A stretch of 64,000 nucleotides of DNA from an uncultured Gemmatimonadaceae bacterium (GCA_963817955.1 CAWFQK010000001.1:384001-448000), one strand, 5' to 3'; positions 44,291 to 53,656 are shown, counted from the stretch's first letter. The notes: a model not told the origin generated them from the sequence alone. Translations and numbers: made by a program.

Positions 44291-45403
44291 ATGCGTGCTC
44301 GTGTTTCCACTCAGATCAGTGTCCGCCTCGGGCTCGCCGGTGCGAGCATGGTGGCAGCGCTGATCGGGTGCGCAACCCTGTCGCGATCGGGCAGCGTGAG
44401 TGCGACACCACCCTCCGATGAATCGGGCGATCTGTACAGTCTCGCGTCCAGCGGCGCGCGACCAACAATGATTCACGAAACTCATACGATCTCGCTCGCC
44501 CTCGATCGTATCGACCAGCGTACGCTGCCGCTCGATCGCACCTATCGCCACTCGGCCACCGGCAAGGGCGTAACGGTCTACGTGTTCGACGGCGGCATCT
44601 CGACCACGCACCCGGAGCTCGCCGGCCGCGTACGCATCGGTTATACAGCGTTTCCTGAAGATCCCAAGATCTGCAACCCGCACGGTACCGCCGTCGCTGG
44701 TGCGATCGCCGGCACGACGCTCGGCGTGGCGCCCGATGCCGAGATCGTCGACGTGAAGATGGTGGAGTGCGAGCGGCTGCGTGGCACGGTCAACGCCATC
44801 GTCGAGGGCACGCACTGGGTCATTGCGGACCACAAGCTGCATCCCGGCCCGGCAGTCGCCAACTGGTCGTTCATCGCCGACACGTCCGGGAATATTCCGG
44901 CGCTCGACAGCGCCGTCATCGATCTCCGCGCCAACGGCATTCCCGTGGTCGTCTCGGCTGGAAACCTGGACATCGACGCGTGCAAGGTGTCGCCAGCCAA
45001 TTCCCGGGGCACCATCGTGGTCGGTGCATCGGGGATCGCGACCGAGCAGGGGAGCAACGGTCTCACACGCATGGTTGACCGCCGGTCTCCGGGCACGGCA
45101 TACGGCGCATGCGTCGATCTCTACGCACCAGGTGACTCGGTGTTGCTGCCGAGTCTCGACCGCGATCAGGCGCCGATCTCACAGCTCTGGAACGGCACGT
45201 CGATGTCAGCCGGGTACGTGAGCGGAGCGGCGGCGCTGTACCTCGAGACACATCCGAGCGCCACGCCGGATCAGGTGGGGGATGAGCTCGAGCGTGATGC
45301 GACGGTCAATGTGTTGCGGGACACGCACACCACGTCTTCGAGAATGTTGTATGTGGGAACGCAGGAGCCGCAGTTGGTCGCGAGGAAGGTGGCGCGGCGC
45401 TGA
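44291..45403 (+). CDS. S8 family serine peptidase (proteinase K/aqualysin-like)
   Basis: LDRIDQR.LPL, VYVFDGG (Asp), HGTAVAG (His), SAGN and GTSM (Ser). Confidence 0.9.
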   Translation: MRARVSTQISVRLGLAGASMVAALIGCATLSRSGSVSATPPSDESGDLYSLASSGARPTMIHETHTISLALDRIDQRTLPLDRTYRHSATGKGVTVYVFDGGISTTHPELAGRVRIGYTAFPEDPKICNPHGTAVAGAIAGTTLGVAPDAEIVDVKMVECERLRGTVNAIVEGTHWVIADHKLHPGPAVANWSFIADTSGNIPALDSAVIDLRANGIPVVVSAGNLDIDACKVSPANSRGTIVVGASGIATEQGSNGLTRMVDRRSPGTAYGACVDLYAPGDSVLLPSLDRDQAPISQLWNGTSMSAGYVSGAAALYLETHPSATPDQVGDELERDATVNVLRDTHTTSSRMLYVGTQEPQLVARKVARR

Positions 45404-45407
45404 GCCA

Positions 45408-45836
45408 TCAAGAAATCTTTGCGGCCACCGCGGCTCGGCGGTTAATACCAAGTTTTCTCAACACATTTTCCGTATGATGCTGCACGGTATGGATGCTGAG
45501 GTGTAGCCGATCGGCAATGCGCTGATTGGATTCGCCCTCGGCGAGCAGGCGCGCAACGTCGACTTCGCGCGGCGTGAGCCGGTACTTGGCGATGAGATCC
45601 GGAAGCGGACTCGAGGTTTCTTGGGTCTTGAACAAGTGTGTTGGCGTGAAGAGGGTCGGCCGGCGCCCGTCATTGGGAACCCTTTGCCGGCGCGTCATTG
45701 TGACAGATATCATTCGGACGCGCTCGGCAAACTTCAATACTATCTGGATTTTTGTCAACGCATTTGCGTTGATGAACTCGCTATTGAGCGGCAGGGGCTC
45801 GTGGGTGGGCCGAGTCGGACGCGCATAGCGTAACAT
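45408..45836 (-). CDS. LuxR-type HTH transcriptional regulator (start uncertain)
   Basis: LTPREVDVARLLAEGESNQRIADRLHLSIHTVQHH.ENVLRKLG. Confidence 0.8.
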   Translation of the reverse strand: MLRYARPTRPTHEPLPLNSEFINANALTKIQIVLKFAERVRMISVTMTRRQRVPNDGRRPTLFTPTHLFKTQETSSPLPDLIAKYRLTPREVDVARLLAEGESNQRIADRLHLSIHTVQHHTENVLRKLGINRRAAVAAKIS

Positions 45837-45871
45837 TTTGTTACTGATACTGTTGTTGCCGACCCGGCAGC

Positions 45872-46360
45872 CTACAGTCCGAGCGCCAGGCCCGCAGCCA
45901 ACAGCAGTGCGTGCCGTCCAGTCTGCGTCGTCAGCGATCCGTTCGCGAAGAGCTCGAGCTCACCTACCGGGAACGACCGAATGGAGCATTCGCCGCCTGC
46001 CAGCGCCGCGAACCCATTCACGTCGCCCGTTTCGAAATGGCCGCGGCCATAGCCGACGCCTGCCTTGACACTCAGTGGCGTCCCCAGCAAATGGACGCTT
46101 GCCAGGCCCACAATGTCGAGCGCGTTGACGGAGGTTCGTTGCCAGTAATCGACCTGCATGCCGACGCTCACGAAGGGCACGACCGGAACGGCAACGCTCC
46201 CCATCAGGAGCGGCGCAGCCTTGAGGTCGGAGCTGGGCCCAGCCAGTCCGGCGCCCACACCAGCGGTGACGCGTGCGCCCAGGAGCGTTTGAGCGCGGAT
46301 GCCCTCCGACGGCGCAAGGAGGAGCACGGCAGCGACGGCGGCGATCGAGATACGGCGCAT
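45872..46360 (-). CDS. Hypothetical secreted protein, small beta-barrel-like
   Basis: Signal peptide, alternating hydrophobic beta-strand pattern, GGAG RBS. Confidence 0.6.
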   Translation of the reverse strand: MRRISIAAVAAVLLLAPSEGIRAQTLLGARVTAGVGAGLAGPSSDLKAAPLLMGSVAVPVVPFVSVGMQVDYWQRTSVNALDIVGLASVHLLGTPLSVKAGVGYGRGHFETGDVNGFAALAGGECSIRSFPVGELELFANGSLTTQTGRHALLLAAGLALGL

Positions 46361-46419
46361 GATCACTCCGAGTCAGGCGTTGGAACAAACTCTTGTCGCA
46401 ACGATGAATGCGTCGTTCG

Positions 46420-46857
46420 TCAGGTCAATAGGGCTTTCTGGAGGAACGTGTCGACGGCGGCGACGTACTTGGAAAACTCGTCACATACCGTGCCGATTGC
46501 TTCCAACACGATGGCGTCGTCAATGTCGTCGTACTCGTGCACCAATCGGTTGCGTAGGCCTGCGGCTGGTGCGAGTGAGGCCGCCAATGAGTCCGGCATG
46601 ATCCCCAGTCGTCCGAGCGCAATGAAGCTGTCGTAATAGTCTGTCGCTGACGATCCGCGGGTATTTCGCAACAAGTGCTGGTTGGCATCCACCGCGGCTT
46701 CGATCGTCTCCTGAACCAACCGCTCAGCGCCCTTCAGGCGAAATCGATCTCGGCGATACGCCGTCAGCGACTCGTGCCGGACATGGTCGAGGTCAGCGAT
46801 ATTGCGGACGATCACGGCCAGCTTTCGGCGCACGAGCGCCTCGTCGACAGGCATCAT
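46420..46857 (-). CDS. hepT: HepT-like DUF86/HEPN RNase toxin (type VII TA)
   Basis: RNRLVHEY = RX4HXY motif; start overlaps the upstream nucleotidyltransferase stop. Confidence 0.9.
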   Translation of the reverse strand: MMPVDEALVRRKLAVIVRNIADLDHVRHESLTAYRRDRFRLKGAERLVQETIEAAVDANQHLLRNTRGSSATDYYDSFIALGRLGIMPDSLAASLAPAAGLRNRLVHEYDDIDDAIVLEAIGTVCDEFSKYVAAVDTFLQKALLT

Positions 46858-47279
46858 CGCCCAAGTGTTCGCGCCGCGACGAATTCGCGTATGCGCTCCG
46901 CTTCGAGATCGCGAAATTTCTTGGTGTCTGCGTAGCGACGCGCGGCCAGCGACGCAAACTGGTCGAACGTGCTCGGATCGCGTTCGAACAACGCCACCCC
47001 ATCACGCGCTACCAACATGAGGAGCAACGGATCGGCGTGCCGCAGATTGACGAGGTCCACTTCCTGTTCCCTCAGCGCCTGAATGAAGGCGTTGGTCAGC
47101 ATCACCATATCGATGGTGCTCGGACCGAGGACCCCCAGATCGATGTCACTGCCCGACGCGCGGTCGCCTCTCGCTGTCGAGCCGAACAACACGACGAGAT
47201 CGAGCTGCTCGCGACGCGCAACGTCGGCCGCAGCGCGCCGCAAATGCTCCATGTCGAGTCTGCTGGCGTCGCTCGTCAT
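46854..47279 (-). CDS. mntA: MntA-like minimal nucleotidyltransferase antitoxin
   Basis: LFGS-X10-DID motif and VDLVNL; ATG 47279. Confidence 0.9.
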   Translation of the reverse strand: MTSDASRLDMEHLRRAAADVARREQLDLVVLFGSTARGDRASGSDIDLGVLGPSTIDMVMLTNAFIQALREQEVDLVNLRHADPLLLMLVARDGVALFERDPSTFDQFASLAARRYADTKKFRDLEAERIREFVAARTLGR

Positions 47280-47289
47280 ACAATTCAAT

Positions 47290-48135
47290 TTACCCGCCGC
47301 CGGAGGAATCGGCGACTTCGCCGGCGTCAGCGTTCCGGTATGCCGCTGTAGCGCGACACACCGACCGCTCCACCGCCGCAATGTTCTCGCCGCGCGCACT
47401 GATCTCGATCGACACCCAGCCCAGAAATCCCACGCTCGCCAACCCTTGGGCGGCGCGTTCGTGTTCGTCGTCAGATCCCAGCTCGACGAAATCCGGCTCG
47501 CTCGCGTGGTAGTGCGCGATGAACGGCGCCGCGCCTTCGATGAACGTCCGCGGATCCTCGCCAGACAGCGTCATTGCGCCAAGATCGGCGTTCAGGCGAA
47601 TGCCTGGATGATCGATGCGACGACACAGCTCCAACGCTTCGGCCGGCGTCGTGAGAAAATCGGCGCCATAGCGCGGCGGCACGGGCTCCAGGCACAACGC
47701 GAGATCGCGCGACAAGGCGTGCTCGCCGACCATGTGGAAGAAATCGACGGCGATGGCAGCGGTGTCAGCATCGGACATCGTTCCCCGCAGGCGGTTTTTC
47801 GGCGACCCGAACACGAGAGCTTTGGCCCCGAGCGCCGCACCAAGATCGATGATGCCACGCAGATACTCGCCAAGCGACACGCGGCTCGTCGCGTCGCCGA
47901 ACAACTGCAGGTCCGGCCGGCCGAAGAGGAGTGACTGCATCGCAACGATCTCGAGTCCGCGATCGGCCCAGTCGCGCCGATAGTCGGCGACCTCACGCGG
48001 CGGCGCCTCGAGCGGCTTGTCCCACCGCTTCGTCGGCGCAATCTCGACGCCCGTCACGCCGTGCCGCCGCAGCACCTCCGCAACCGGGTCATCCTCCGTT
48101 GGATTCCAGGCGATGTTCGAAATGGCTAGGTGCAA
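47290..48135 (-). CDS. Sugar phosphate isomerase/epimerase (xylose isomerase-like TIM barrel)
   Basis: LAISNIAW, EIAP, MQSLLFG, LVFGSPKNR, LEP.P..YG.DF, HASEP and SIE; TTG 48135 with GGAG RBS. Confidence 0.88.
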   Translation of the reverse strand: MHLAISNIAWNPTEDDPVAEVLRRHGVTGVEIAPTKRWDKPLEAPPREVADYRRDWADRGLEIVAMQSLLFGRPDLQLFGDATSRVSLGEYLRGIIDLGAALGAKALVFGSPKNRLRGTMSDADTAAIAVDFFHMVGEHALSRDLALCLEPVPPRYGADFLTTPAEALELCRRIDHPGIRLNADLGAMTLSGEDPRTFIEGAAPFIAHYHASEPDFVELGSDDEHERAAQGLASVGFLGWVSIEISARGENIAAVERSVCRATAAYRNADAGEVADSSGGG

Positions 48136-48734
48136 TGTGGGGGCTCCAGTCTCTGAGGCAGCACAATCTGGCCGGCACGAACCCACGCCATCATGTCTCT
48201 CGGGTCGGCGATCACGATGTCGCGACCGATGCCGCGGTGGAGCGCGACTCGGCCTGGTATGAGGACATCGGTGCGGTAGCTAGCGAAGTCGCCAAAATTG
48301 CGCGTCACGAGGACATCCGTGAGGCCGGCCACGGCGGTCTCCATCACGTGCGCGTCCTCGTCGTCGCGCAGAGGCATCACGCCGGTACCGCCAAGCAACA
48401 GGTAGGGAGCGATGCCTGCCGGCCCGAGGCGGGCATACCCCGTGATCACGCCGATGTAGGCCTCGGCGAGGGACCGATCAACGTGCCAGGAATCCGCGAG
48501 CACCGCGCGCAGCCGGGTCAGCATTCCCCACGAAATTACCAACTGCGTCGGTCCAAGTGCGCACTCCCCGCGTCGAACGATCGCGACGAGTTCCTGTGCC
48601 GCGCTACCGGAGCGCCCCGCTTTCTCGGCCAGGAACGCGGCGCACCAGATGTTCAGGTCAAGACACAGGCGCAGGATGGTCGGGACGGGCGTGTGCTCTT
48701 CGTGAACGGAAGCAGGCGGGCTGCTGCGAGCCAT
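48126..48734 (-). CDS. PIN domain protein (putative toxin; start may be GTG ~48689)
   Basis: LCLDLN, DDEDAHV.E.A and VTRN..DF acidic PIN motifs. Confidence 0.82.
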   Translation of the reverse strand: MARSSPPASVHEEHTPVPTILRLCLDLNIWCAAFLAEKAGRSGSAAQELVAIVRRGECALGPTQLVISWGMLTRLRAVLADSWHVDRSLAEAYIGVITGYARLGPAGIAPYLLLGGTGVMPLRDDEDAHVMETAVAGLTDVLVTRNFGDFASYRTDVLIPGRVALHRGIGRDIVIADPRDMMAWVRAGQIVLPQRLEPPHCT

Positions 48735-48742
48735 ATCCCGAA

Positions 48743-49171
48743 TCAGCGACCTGACGTGTGACGACGCCCGCGCTTGCCCGTGGCCGCGGAGTCCGGCATC
48801 ACCCTGTTCGCGGCAGCACCGCGCGAGGTGCGATTCGCCACACGGACGCCCGCATCGAGGAGATCATCCTCCGTCTGGAGGGCGTCGACCCCCTCGACCT
48901 GCATCTGCTGCACCACCTGCCGCTGCACCACGTCGTAGTCCATGTCGAGAATGCGCCGGGCGATGGCGCGCGACACCTGCTCGAGATCCTCGACGGAGCC
49001 GAACGCCTCGATGTGGCGCAACGCCGCGTGCGCCTCCACAGGGAGCCCAACGTAGTAACCCAGAGCCGCGGCCGCGATCTGCGACGCCGTACGACCCTCG
49101 AGTTTCGTGAGCTGCTCGACGCGGCGAGCCACAGACTCCTCGACGTGGGCGGAAATCGTTCTGCCAGCCAT
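48743..49171 (-). CDS. Putative ribbon-helix-helix antitoxin
   Basis: N-terminal beta-alpha-alpha pattern TISAHVEESVARRVEQL...RTASQI...AL..Y; directly upstream of the PIN gene; strong RBS. Confidence 0.7.
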   Translation of the reverse strand: MAGRTISAHVEESVARRVEQLTKLEGRTASQIAAAALGYYVGLPVEAHAALRHIEAFGSVEDLEQVSRAIARRILDMDYDVVQRQVVQQMQVEGVDALQTEDDLLDAGVRVANRTSRGAAANRVMPDSAATGKRGRRHTSGR

Positions 49172-49298
49172 ACCCCCCTCCGACTCTTATACGGCGCTAT
49201 AACCCATAGGATCTATAGGAACTATGCGATCCCGACGCCGTATTCGCAACCTCGGCGGTCCACCAGAGGGTAGGACATGGGGGGGAGTCGCTGAGCGG

Positions 49299-50096
49299 TC
49301 AGGACGACAACGAGCCCAGATCCCGCCGTTCCCGCTCGACGAACCGCTGGATCCCGGCCAGCTCCTCGATCTTGCTCTCGACGTACACCCCATCTCCCCC
49401 GAACAGCGCCGCGTGCCGCGTATGCACGTCGTACCGCGCCGGCACCGGCACCACTTCGTTGGTGAACTCCATGCCGAACGCCGCCCGAGCGACGTCGGCC
49501 ACGCTCACCGGCTCCGTCGGCAGGTGCGCCAGTGGCAACGCGTTGGCGATCGCGGTCTCGGCATCGCGCCAGAGGCGATCGATATCATAGAACTGGAATG
49601 ATCCGCGCGAGTCGATCTTGTACACTTCGTGGTCATGCAACAGATCGTGGATGGCGTTCTTCTTGAGGCCGTGGCCGTAGAGTCCCGCCAGACGCAGGAC
49701 CACCGTGTCGAAGCGTGCCGACAGCACTTCCTCGAGCAGCCGCCGGTTGCGTCCATACGCGTGCAGGCCGGTGAGCGGAACGGGCGAATCTTCGTCCACG
49801 TCTACCGGATTGATGAACACATCCACCGTGGAGATCAACACCACCTTCTGCGCATACGCCACGCGATCGATGGCGCGAATCAATCGCTCGATGTTGTCGC
49901 GGTCGCGCGCGGGATCGGCATTCGCCTTCCACTTCTCGGCCGGCGCGCCGGACACGACGAGCAGATCGAAGCCGCGGCCGTCGATCTGCTCGATGTTCTT
50001 CGAGTTGAAGCAGGCATCGAATGCGCGTTGGCGCAGCAGATTGCTGCCGACGAAACCGGTATGACCTACGAGAGCCGACGATTGTGTGTCGCTCAC
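49299..50096 (-). CDS. NAD-dependent epimerase/dehydratase family protein
   Basis: GHTGFVGSNL Rossmann motif, ISTVDV and YGRNR (YxxxR in place of YxxxK). Confidence 0.85.
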   Translation of the reverse strand: MSDTQSSALVGHTGFVGSNLLRQRAFDACFNSKNIEQIDGRGFDLLVVSGAPAEKWKANADPARDRDNIERLIRAIDRVAYAQKVVLISTVDVFINPVDVDEDSPVPLTGLHAYGRNRRLLEEVLSARFDTVVLRLAGLYGHGLKKNAIHDLLHDHEVYKIDSRGSFQFYDIDRLWRDAETAIANALPLAHLPTEPVSVADVARAAFGMEFTNEVVPVPARYDVHTRHAALFGGDGVYVESKIEELAGIQRFVERERRDLGSLSS

Positions 50097-50758
50097 GAGA
50101 GGAACGCGTAGCTGATGCCGGCTTCCTGCGCCCGGTTTCCCGCGACCAGCATGGCCGGTACCACGAACACGCCCGGCAGCAGGCCATGCAGAAGTCCATC
50201 GCGAATCTCGCCTTCGGTGCCGAATCCCTTGGGCGCGAGTCGCTTGGCAAGGCTGTCAATCGAATTCTTGCAGGCGAGAAAGCGAACGCCGCGTGTCATG
50301 AGCGACGACACGGTCGCATCGTCGCGCACACCCATCGCTGCCGCATCGGCGACATACACATTTCGCTCGGCGGGCTTTCCGGTTGCCGCGTCGATCAGTG
50401 AAAACAGCTCGCCAAGGTGATAGCGCGCCCAGACCGCATGCGAGCTGACGAACGCCAGGCCGGCGGCATGCGCGCCGAAGATGGCATTGATCGACGTTTC
50501 CTTCAGTGAGTACGCCGATACGTATGCGCTGAGGAAGTTGCTCGTGCGCATGAGCGGCTTCCCGTCAGCAATGCCACCGACGTCGAAGAATTGCCGGTGC
50601 GTTCCGTTCAGGCCAGCGAGCCAGGGTTCCAGGCTCGCTGAGTTATGCGACGTCCGCGGCTCGCGACGCAGACCGACGCCTGCGGCAACCGCGCCGAGTG
50701 CTTGGAGAAACGAGCGTCGGTTGGTTGGATCGCTTCCGTCAAGTTGACAAGGCTTCAT
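50093..50758 (-). CDS. Tat-exported hypothetical protein, DsrE-like C-terminus
   Basis: NRRSFL Tat motif; RGVRFLAC.NS and VVPA......AQE.G..Y. Confidence 0.7.
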   Translation of the reverse strand: MKPCQLDGSDPTNRRSFLQALGAVAAGVGLRREPRTSHNSASLEPWLAGLNGTHRQFFDVGGIADGKPLMRTSNFLSAYVSAYSLKETSINAIFGAHAAGLAFVSSHAVWARYHLGELFSLIDAATGKPAERNVYVADAAAMGVRDDATVSSLMTRGVRFLACKNSIDSLAKRLAPKGFGTEGEIRDGLLHGLLPGVFVVPAMLVAGNRAQEAGISYAFLS

Positions 50759-51525
50759 GGATCAAAGCGTCCGAGCACTGCGTTGGCGAGGGTCTGAAGC
50801 ACCAGGAGATTGCCTTTCACGGGACTGATCTTGGTGGGCGTCTTACCCTCTGCAGGATACTGCCGCGTGACCGGCGTCTCAATGACGCGGAAGCCGAGCT
50901 GCGCGGCGCGAATGGCGAGATAGTAGTGTAGCTCGTAGCCCATGAACACGTCGCGCAGCGGCTGCACGCGTGAATCGGCGAGCAGACGGCGGCTGTAGGC
51001 GCGAAAACCATTCGTCGTGTCGGTGTACCGCTTGCCGGCGGCAAGACTGATCAACGGCGCGTGAAGCAGCTTCACCCCGAGCGTGCGGCTGAGCGGAGTG
51101 TTGATGCCTTTACCACCGGCTATGTAGCGCGAACCTTGGATGTGATCGTAGCCGGCATCGAGCAGTTCAATGAAGCGAGGGATGGCCGAATAGTCGTCCT
51201 TGCCGTTGCCGTCGATGACCACGAGGCCGTCGTAGCCTTCTTCGAGCGCAAAGGCGATCGCCATACGCATCTGCGCGCTCAGCTTTCCGGGGCCGCGTTT
51301 GATGAGCAGCGCGCGGAGGCGAAAGGCGGCGAGCGAGTGGAGCGCGAGCGAGTTGTCGGTGCTGCCGCCGTCAGCGACGACGATGTCGATCTGGTCGGCA
51401 AGAGACGCCATGCCCCGGAGCTGACGACGTACGCGTTCGCCTTCATTGATGACGAAGACGGCGACGCAATACCGATGGCGCTTCGGGCCGAAGACGTGAC
51501 GCTCGTGGTCCGGGACGCCAGTCAT
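50755..51525 (-). CDS. Glycosyltransferase family 2 (polyprenol-phosphate glycosyltransferase-like)
   Basis: INEG, DGGSTD, IDGNGKD, QGSRY and DTTNGFRAYS; start ATG 51525. Confidence 0.88.
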   Translation of the reverse strand: MTGVPDHERHVFGPKRHRYCVAVFVINEGERVRRQLRGMASLADQIDIVVADGGSTDNSLALHSLAAFRLRALLIKRGPGKLSAQMRMAIAFALEEGYDGLVVIDGNGKDDYSAIPRFIELLDAGYDHIQGSRYIAGGKGINTPLSRTLGVKLLHAPLISLAAGKRYTDTTNGFRAYSRRLLADSRVQPLRDVFMGYELHYYLAIRAAQLGFRVIETPVTRQYPAEGKTPTKISPVKGNLLVLQTLANAVLGRFDP

Positions 51526-51606
51526 CCTAATAGTCCTGTCATCATGGAGCCCCTTCCCGTCATCCTGGAGTCCCTTCCTGTCATCCTGAGCGCAGCGAAG
51601 GATCCC
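51521..51606. repeat. REP-like unit GTCATCCTGAGCGCAGCGAAGGATCC plus three degenerate GTCATC subrepeats
   Basis: Reverse complement of the GAGATCC.TCGCT..GCTCAGGATGACA units at ~36655, ~59134 and ~63752. Confidence 0.8.
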
Positions 51607-52525
51607 TCGGCGCATTCGACGACCCCACGACGTTCTTCCGCTCCTCTCGCAGCAGCACGGAACTGGTGTGCTCTTCCCGAACGTAGTAGCTCGGCCGATC
51701 ACGGAAGCGGCGCGTGAGACCGGCGACGTACTCGCCGATCAGCGCGATCATGACGGCGAGCACGAGGAACGCAATGGGTCCGCCAAAGAACGCCACATCC
51801 ACGATCGCGATCAGCACACCAATCCAGATCACCGTGCGCAACGGGTGCGTCGTGTGATCGATGATCATGGCGCGGAACAGATTGATTGCCTCGCGCTTTG
51901 GCCGCACCGCAGCATGTCCGCTGCGGTTGATCGGCGCGTACGGGAGCGGCTCCTTGCGAAAGCCGATGTACGACGTGAGTAATCTCAGATACTGATCCGG
52001 ACCATGGATCTGCGAGATCGCGTTCACCACTTGCCGGCTCATGCAGCGGAACTGCGTGGAGTTCTCTGGAATGCCGGCCTTGATGACGCGGTTCATGTAC
52101 CAGTAGAACATGCCGGCGCCGGCGCGGTACCAGAGCGGTTCGCTCTTGCGGTGCAGGCGCACGCCATAGACGACATCAGCTTCGCCGCGCGCCAGCTCGA
52201 AGAACCGCGGAATGAGCGACGGCGGATCCATGTTCGGCAGCATCACGATCACATAATCGCCAATGGCGACATCGAGTCCCGCGGAGATCGCCGTCTCTTC
52301 GCCAAAGTGCCGCGACAGCCTGAGGAACCGCAAGAAATCGTACTGCGCGAGCAACGCGCGCACGCGCGTCACCGTCTCCTCGTGCGCGCCGTCGTCGACG
52401 AGAATGATCTCGTAGTGCGACACGAGGCTGCTCAGCACAGCCACCGTCTCGTCGATGAACTGCTCGACGGCGGCCGCTGTATCGGCTTCGAGGGGGGCGA
52501 CGACGCTTATGAAGGACTCAAGCAC
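51581..52525 (-). CDS. GtrB/ArnC-like glycosyltransferase family 2 membrane protein, DXD motif degenerate
   Basis: YEIILVDDG, LSRHFG.E.A..AGL, DVVYG.R, FR.MSR.VV, two C-terminal TMs and GEY...RP.Y.V. Confidence 0.85.
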   Translation of the reverse strand: MLESFISVVAPLEADTAAAVEQFIDETVAVLSSLVSHYEIILVDDGAHEETVTRVRALLAQYDFLRFLRLSRHFGEETAISAGLDVAIGDYVIVMLPNMDPPSLIPRFFELARGEADVVYGVRLHRKSEPLWYRAGAGMFYWYMNRVIKAGIPENSTQFRCMSRQVVNAISQIHGPDQYLRLLTSYIGFRKEPLPYAPINRSGHAAVRPKREAINLFRAMIIDHTTHPLRTVIWIGVLIAIVDVAFFGGPIAFLVLAVMIALIGEYVAGLTRRFRDRPSYYVREEHTSSVLLREERKNVVGSSNAPRDPSLRSG

Positions 52526-53622
52526 GAGAAGGCATCCTCCACATCATACACGCTATCGATCTTGGCGCCCAGCACCGTGAAGAGCGCGGGAATCTCTCTG
52601 CTGCGGTGGAGCAGGATCGGCCGGCTGTCGTCCTGCTCGCTGCGCGGCATCACCGTCTTCACTTCCCAGATCGAGTCCACGTAGCGCGCCGAGCGTATGG
52701 CGGGGAGGTAGCGCCCGGCATCACGGATCATGTGAGGGAACGCCGAGTGGCGAGCGGCGAGGAGATCGTCGGCATTCACCGCACTCGCACCGCCCTCGTC
52801 CATCCAGCTCGCGTGTGGCGTGTAGCGCACGTGGCTGAGGGTGCTGAGGCCGCGCGACGGATAGGGCATGAGCGAGAAGAACGGGCCGTCCATCACCGTC
52901 ACGGCGGCGCCGTGCAACTCGGCAGGCGGTTCGACGAGGGCCATCTCGGTGAGCTCGTGCTTCGCCGGCACCGTCGACGCGCCCGATGCGGCGAGCAGGC
53001 TATTCAGTCGCGAATAGGTGCAGTTGAGCACGATCTGCGCGCCAATTCGCTGTTCCTCGCCATCCCTCGCTACCACGGCAGTCACGCCATCCGCCGCATG
53101 GTCGACGCGCAGCGCTTCGGCGTTTAGCCAGACGTCGACGTCTGCGTCCCGCAATTCTCGCTCGAGGCGTGCCGCCAACCGCACGGCGTCGAAGGCGCAC
53201 TCCTGCACGAGAAACACCGCTTCGATGCGCGAGCGATCGAACAGCGCCACCACGTTGTCCGGCGCCGGCGAGAGTGGGGCGTCAATGCGCCGGCAGAACT
53301 CGGCAAATTGCGACGCCGTGACGTTGGACGTGCCGCGCGCGATGGCGTAATAGTGCGCAAAGCCGTCGTCGATGCAGTCCGCGTACTCGGCTACGAACCG
53401 AGCGTAGTTCATCCGCGAGCGGAGCGACGTGAGAATGCTCCGCGGGTAGTGGTAACCGCCGTGCACACGCGCCTGGTTCCGAAGCGACGCCCGACCAAGC
53501 AGCGCAGGGCCGCGCTCGACGAGCAAGACTCGGCGTCCGGAGCGGCGGAGATAGAGCGCTAAACGGCAGCCGAAAAAGCCGCCGCCAATGACGAGGGCGT
53601 CGTATGAGCAGGGTTGGTCCAC
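52507..53622 (-). CDS. FAD-dependent oxidoreductase (start GTG 53622 or 53655)
   Basis: VIGGGFFG, RAS..NQARVH.GYHYPRS, MDGPFFS.MP, SHVRYTPH, DSRPIL and G.KID. Confidence 0.88.
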   Translation of the reverse strand: MDQPCSYDALVIGGGFFGCRLALYLRRSGRRVLLVERGPALLGRASLRNQARVHGGYHYPRSILTSLRSRMNYARFVAEYADCIDDGFAHYYAIARGTSNVTASQFAEFCRRIDAPLSPAPDNVVALFDRSRIEAVFLVQECAFDAVRLAARLERELRDADVDVWLNAEALRVDHAADGVTAVVARDGEEQRIGAQIVLNCTYSRLNSLLAASGASTVPAKHELTEMALVEPPAELHGAAVTVMDGPFFSLMPYPSRGLSTLSHVRYTPHASWMDEGGASAVNADDLLAARHSAFPHMIRDAGRYLPAIRSARYVDSIWEVKTVMPRSEQDDSRPILLHRSREIPALFTVLGAKIDSVYDVEDAFSCLSPS

Positions 53623-53623
53623 T

Positions 53624-53656
53624 TTTATAGACGAGTCCTGACGGCCGGCGGTCACC
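53624..53656 (-). promoter_or_regulatory. Putative ECF-sigma promoter GTGACC-N16-CGTC (second copy at 55994-56028)
   Basis: Two similar ~33-nt sequences, each upstream of a minus-strand gene. Confidence 0.5.
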
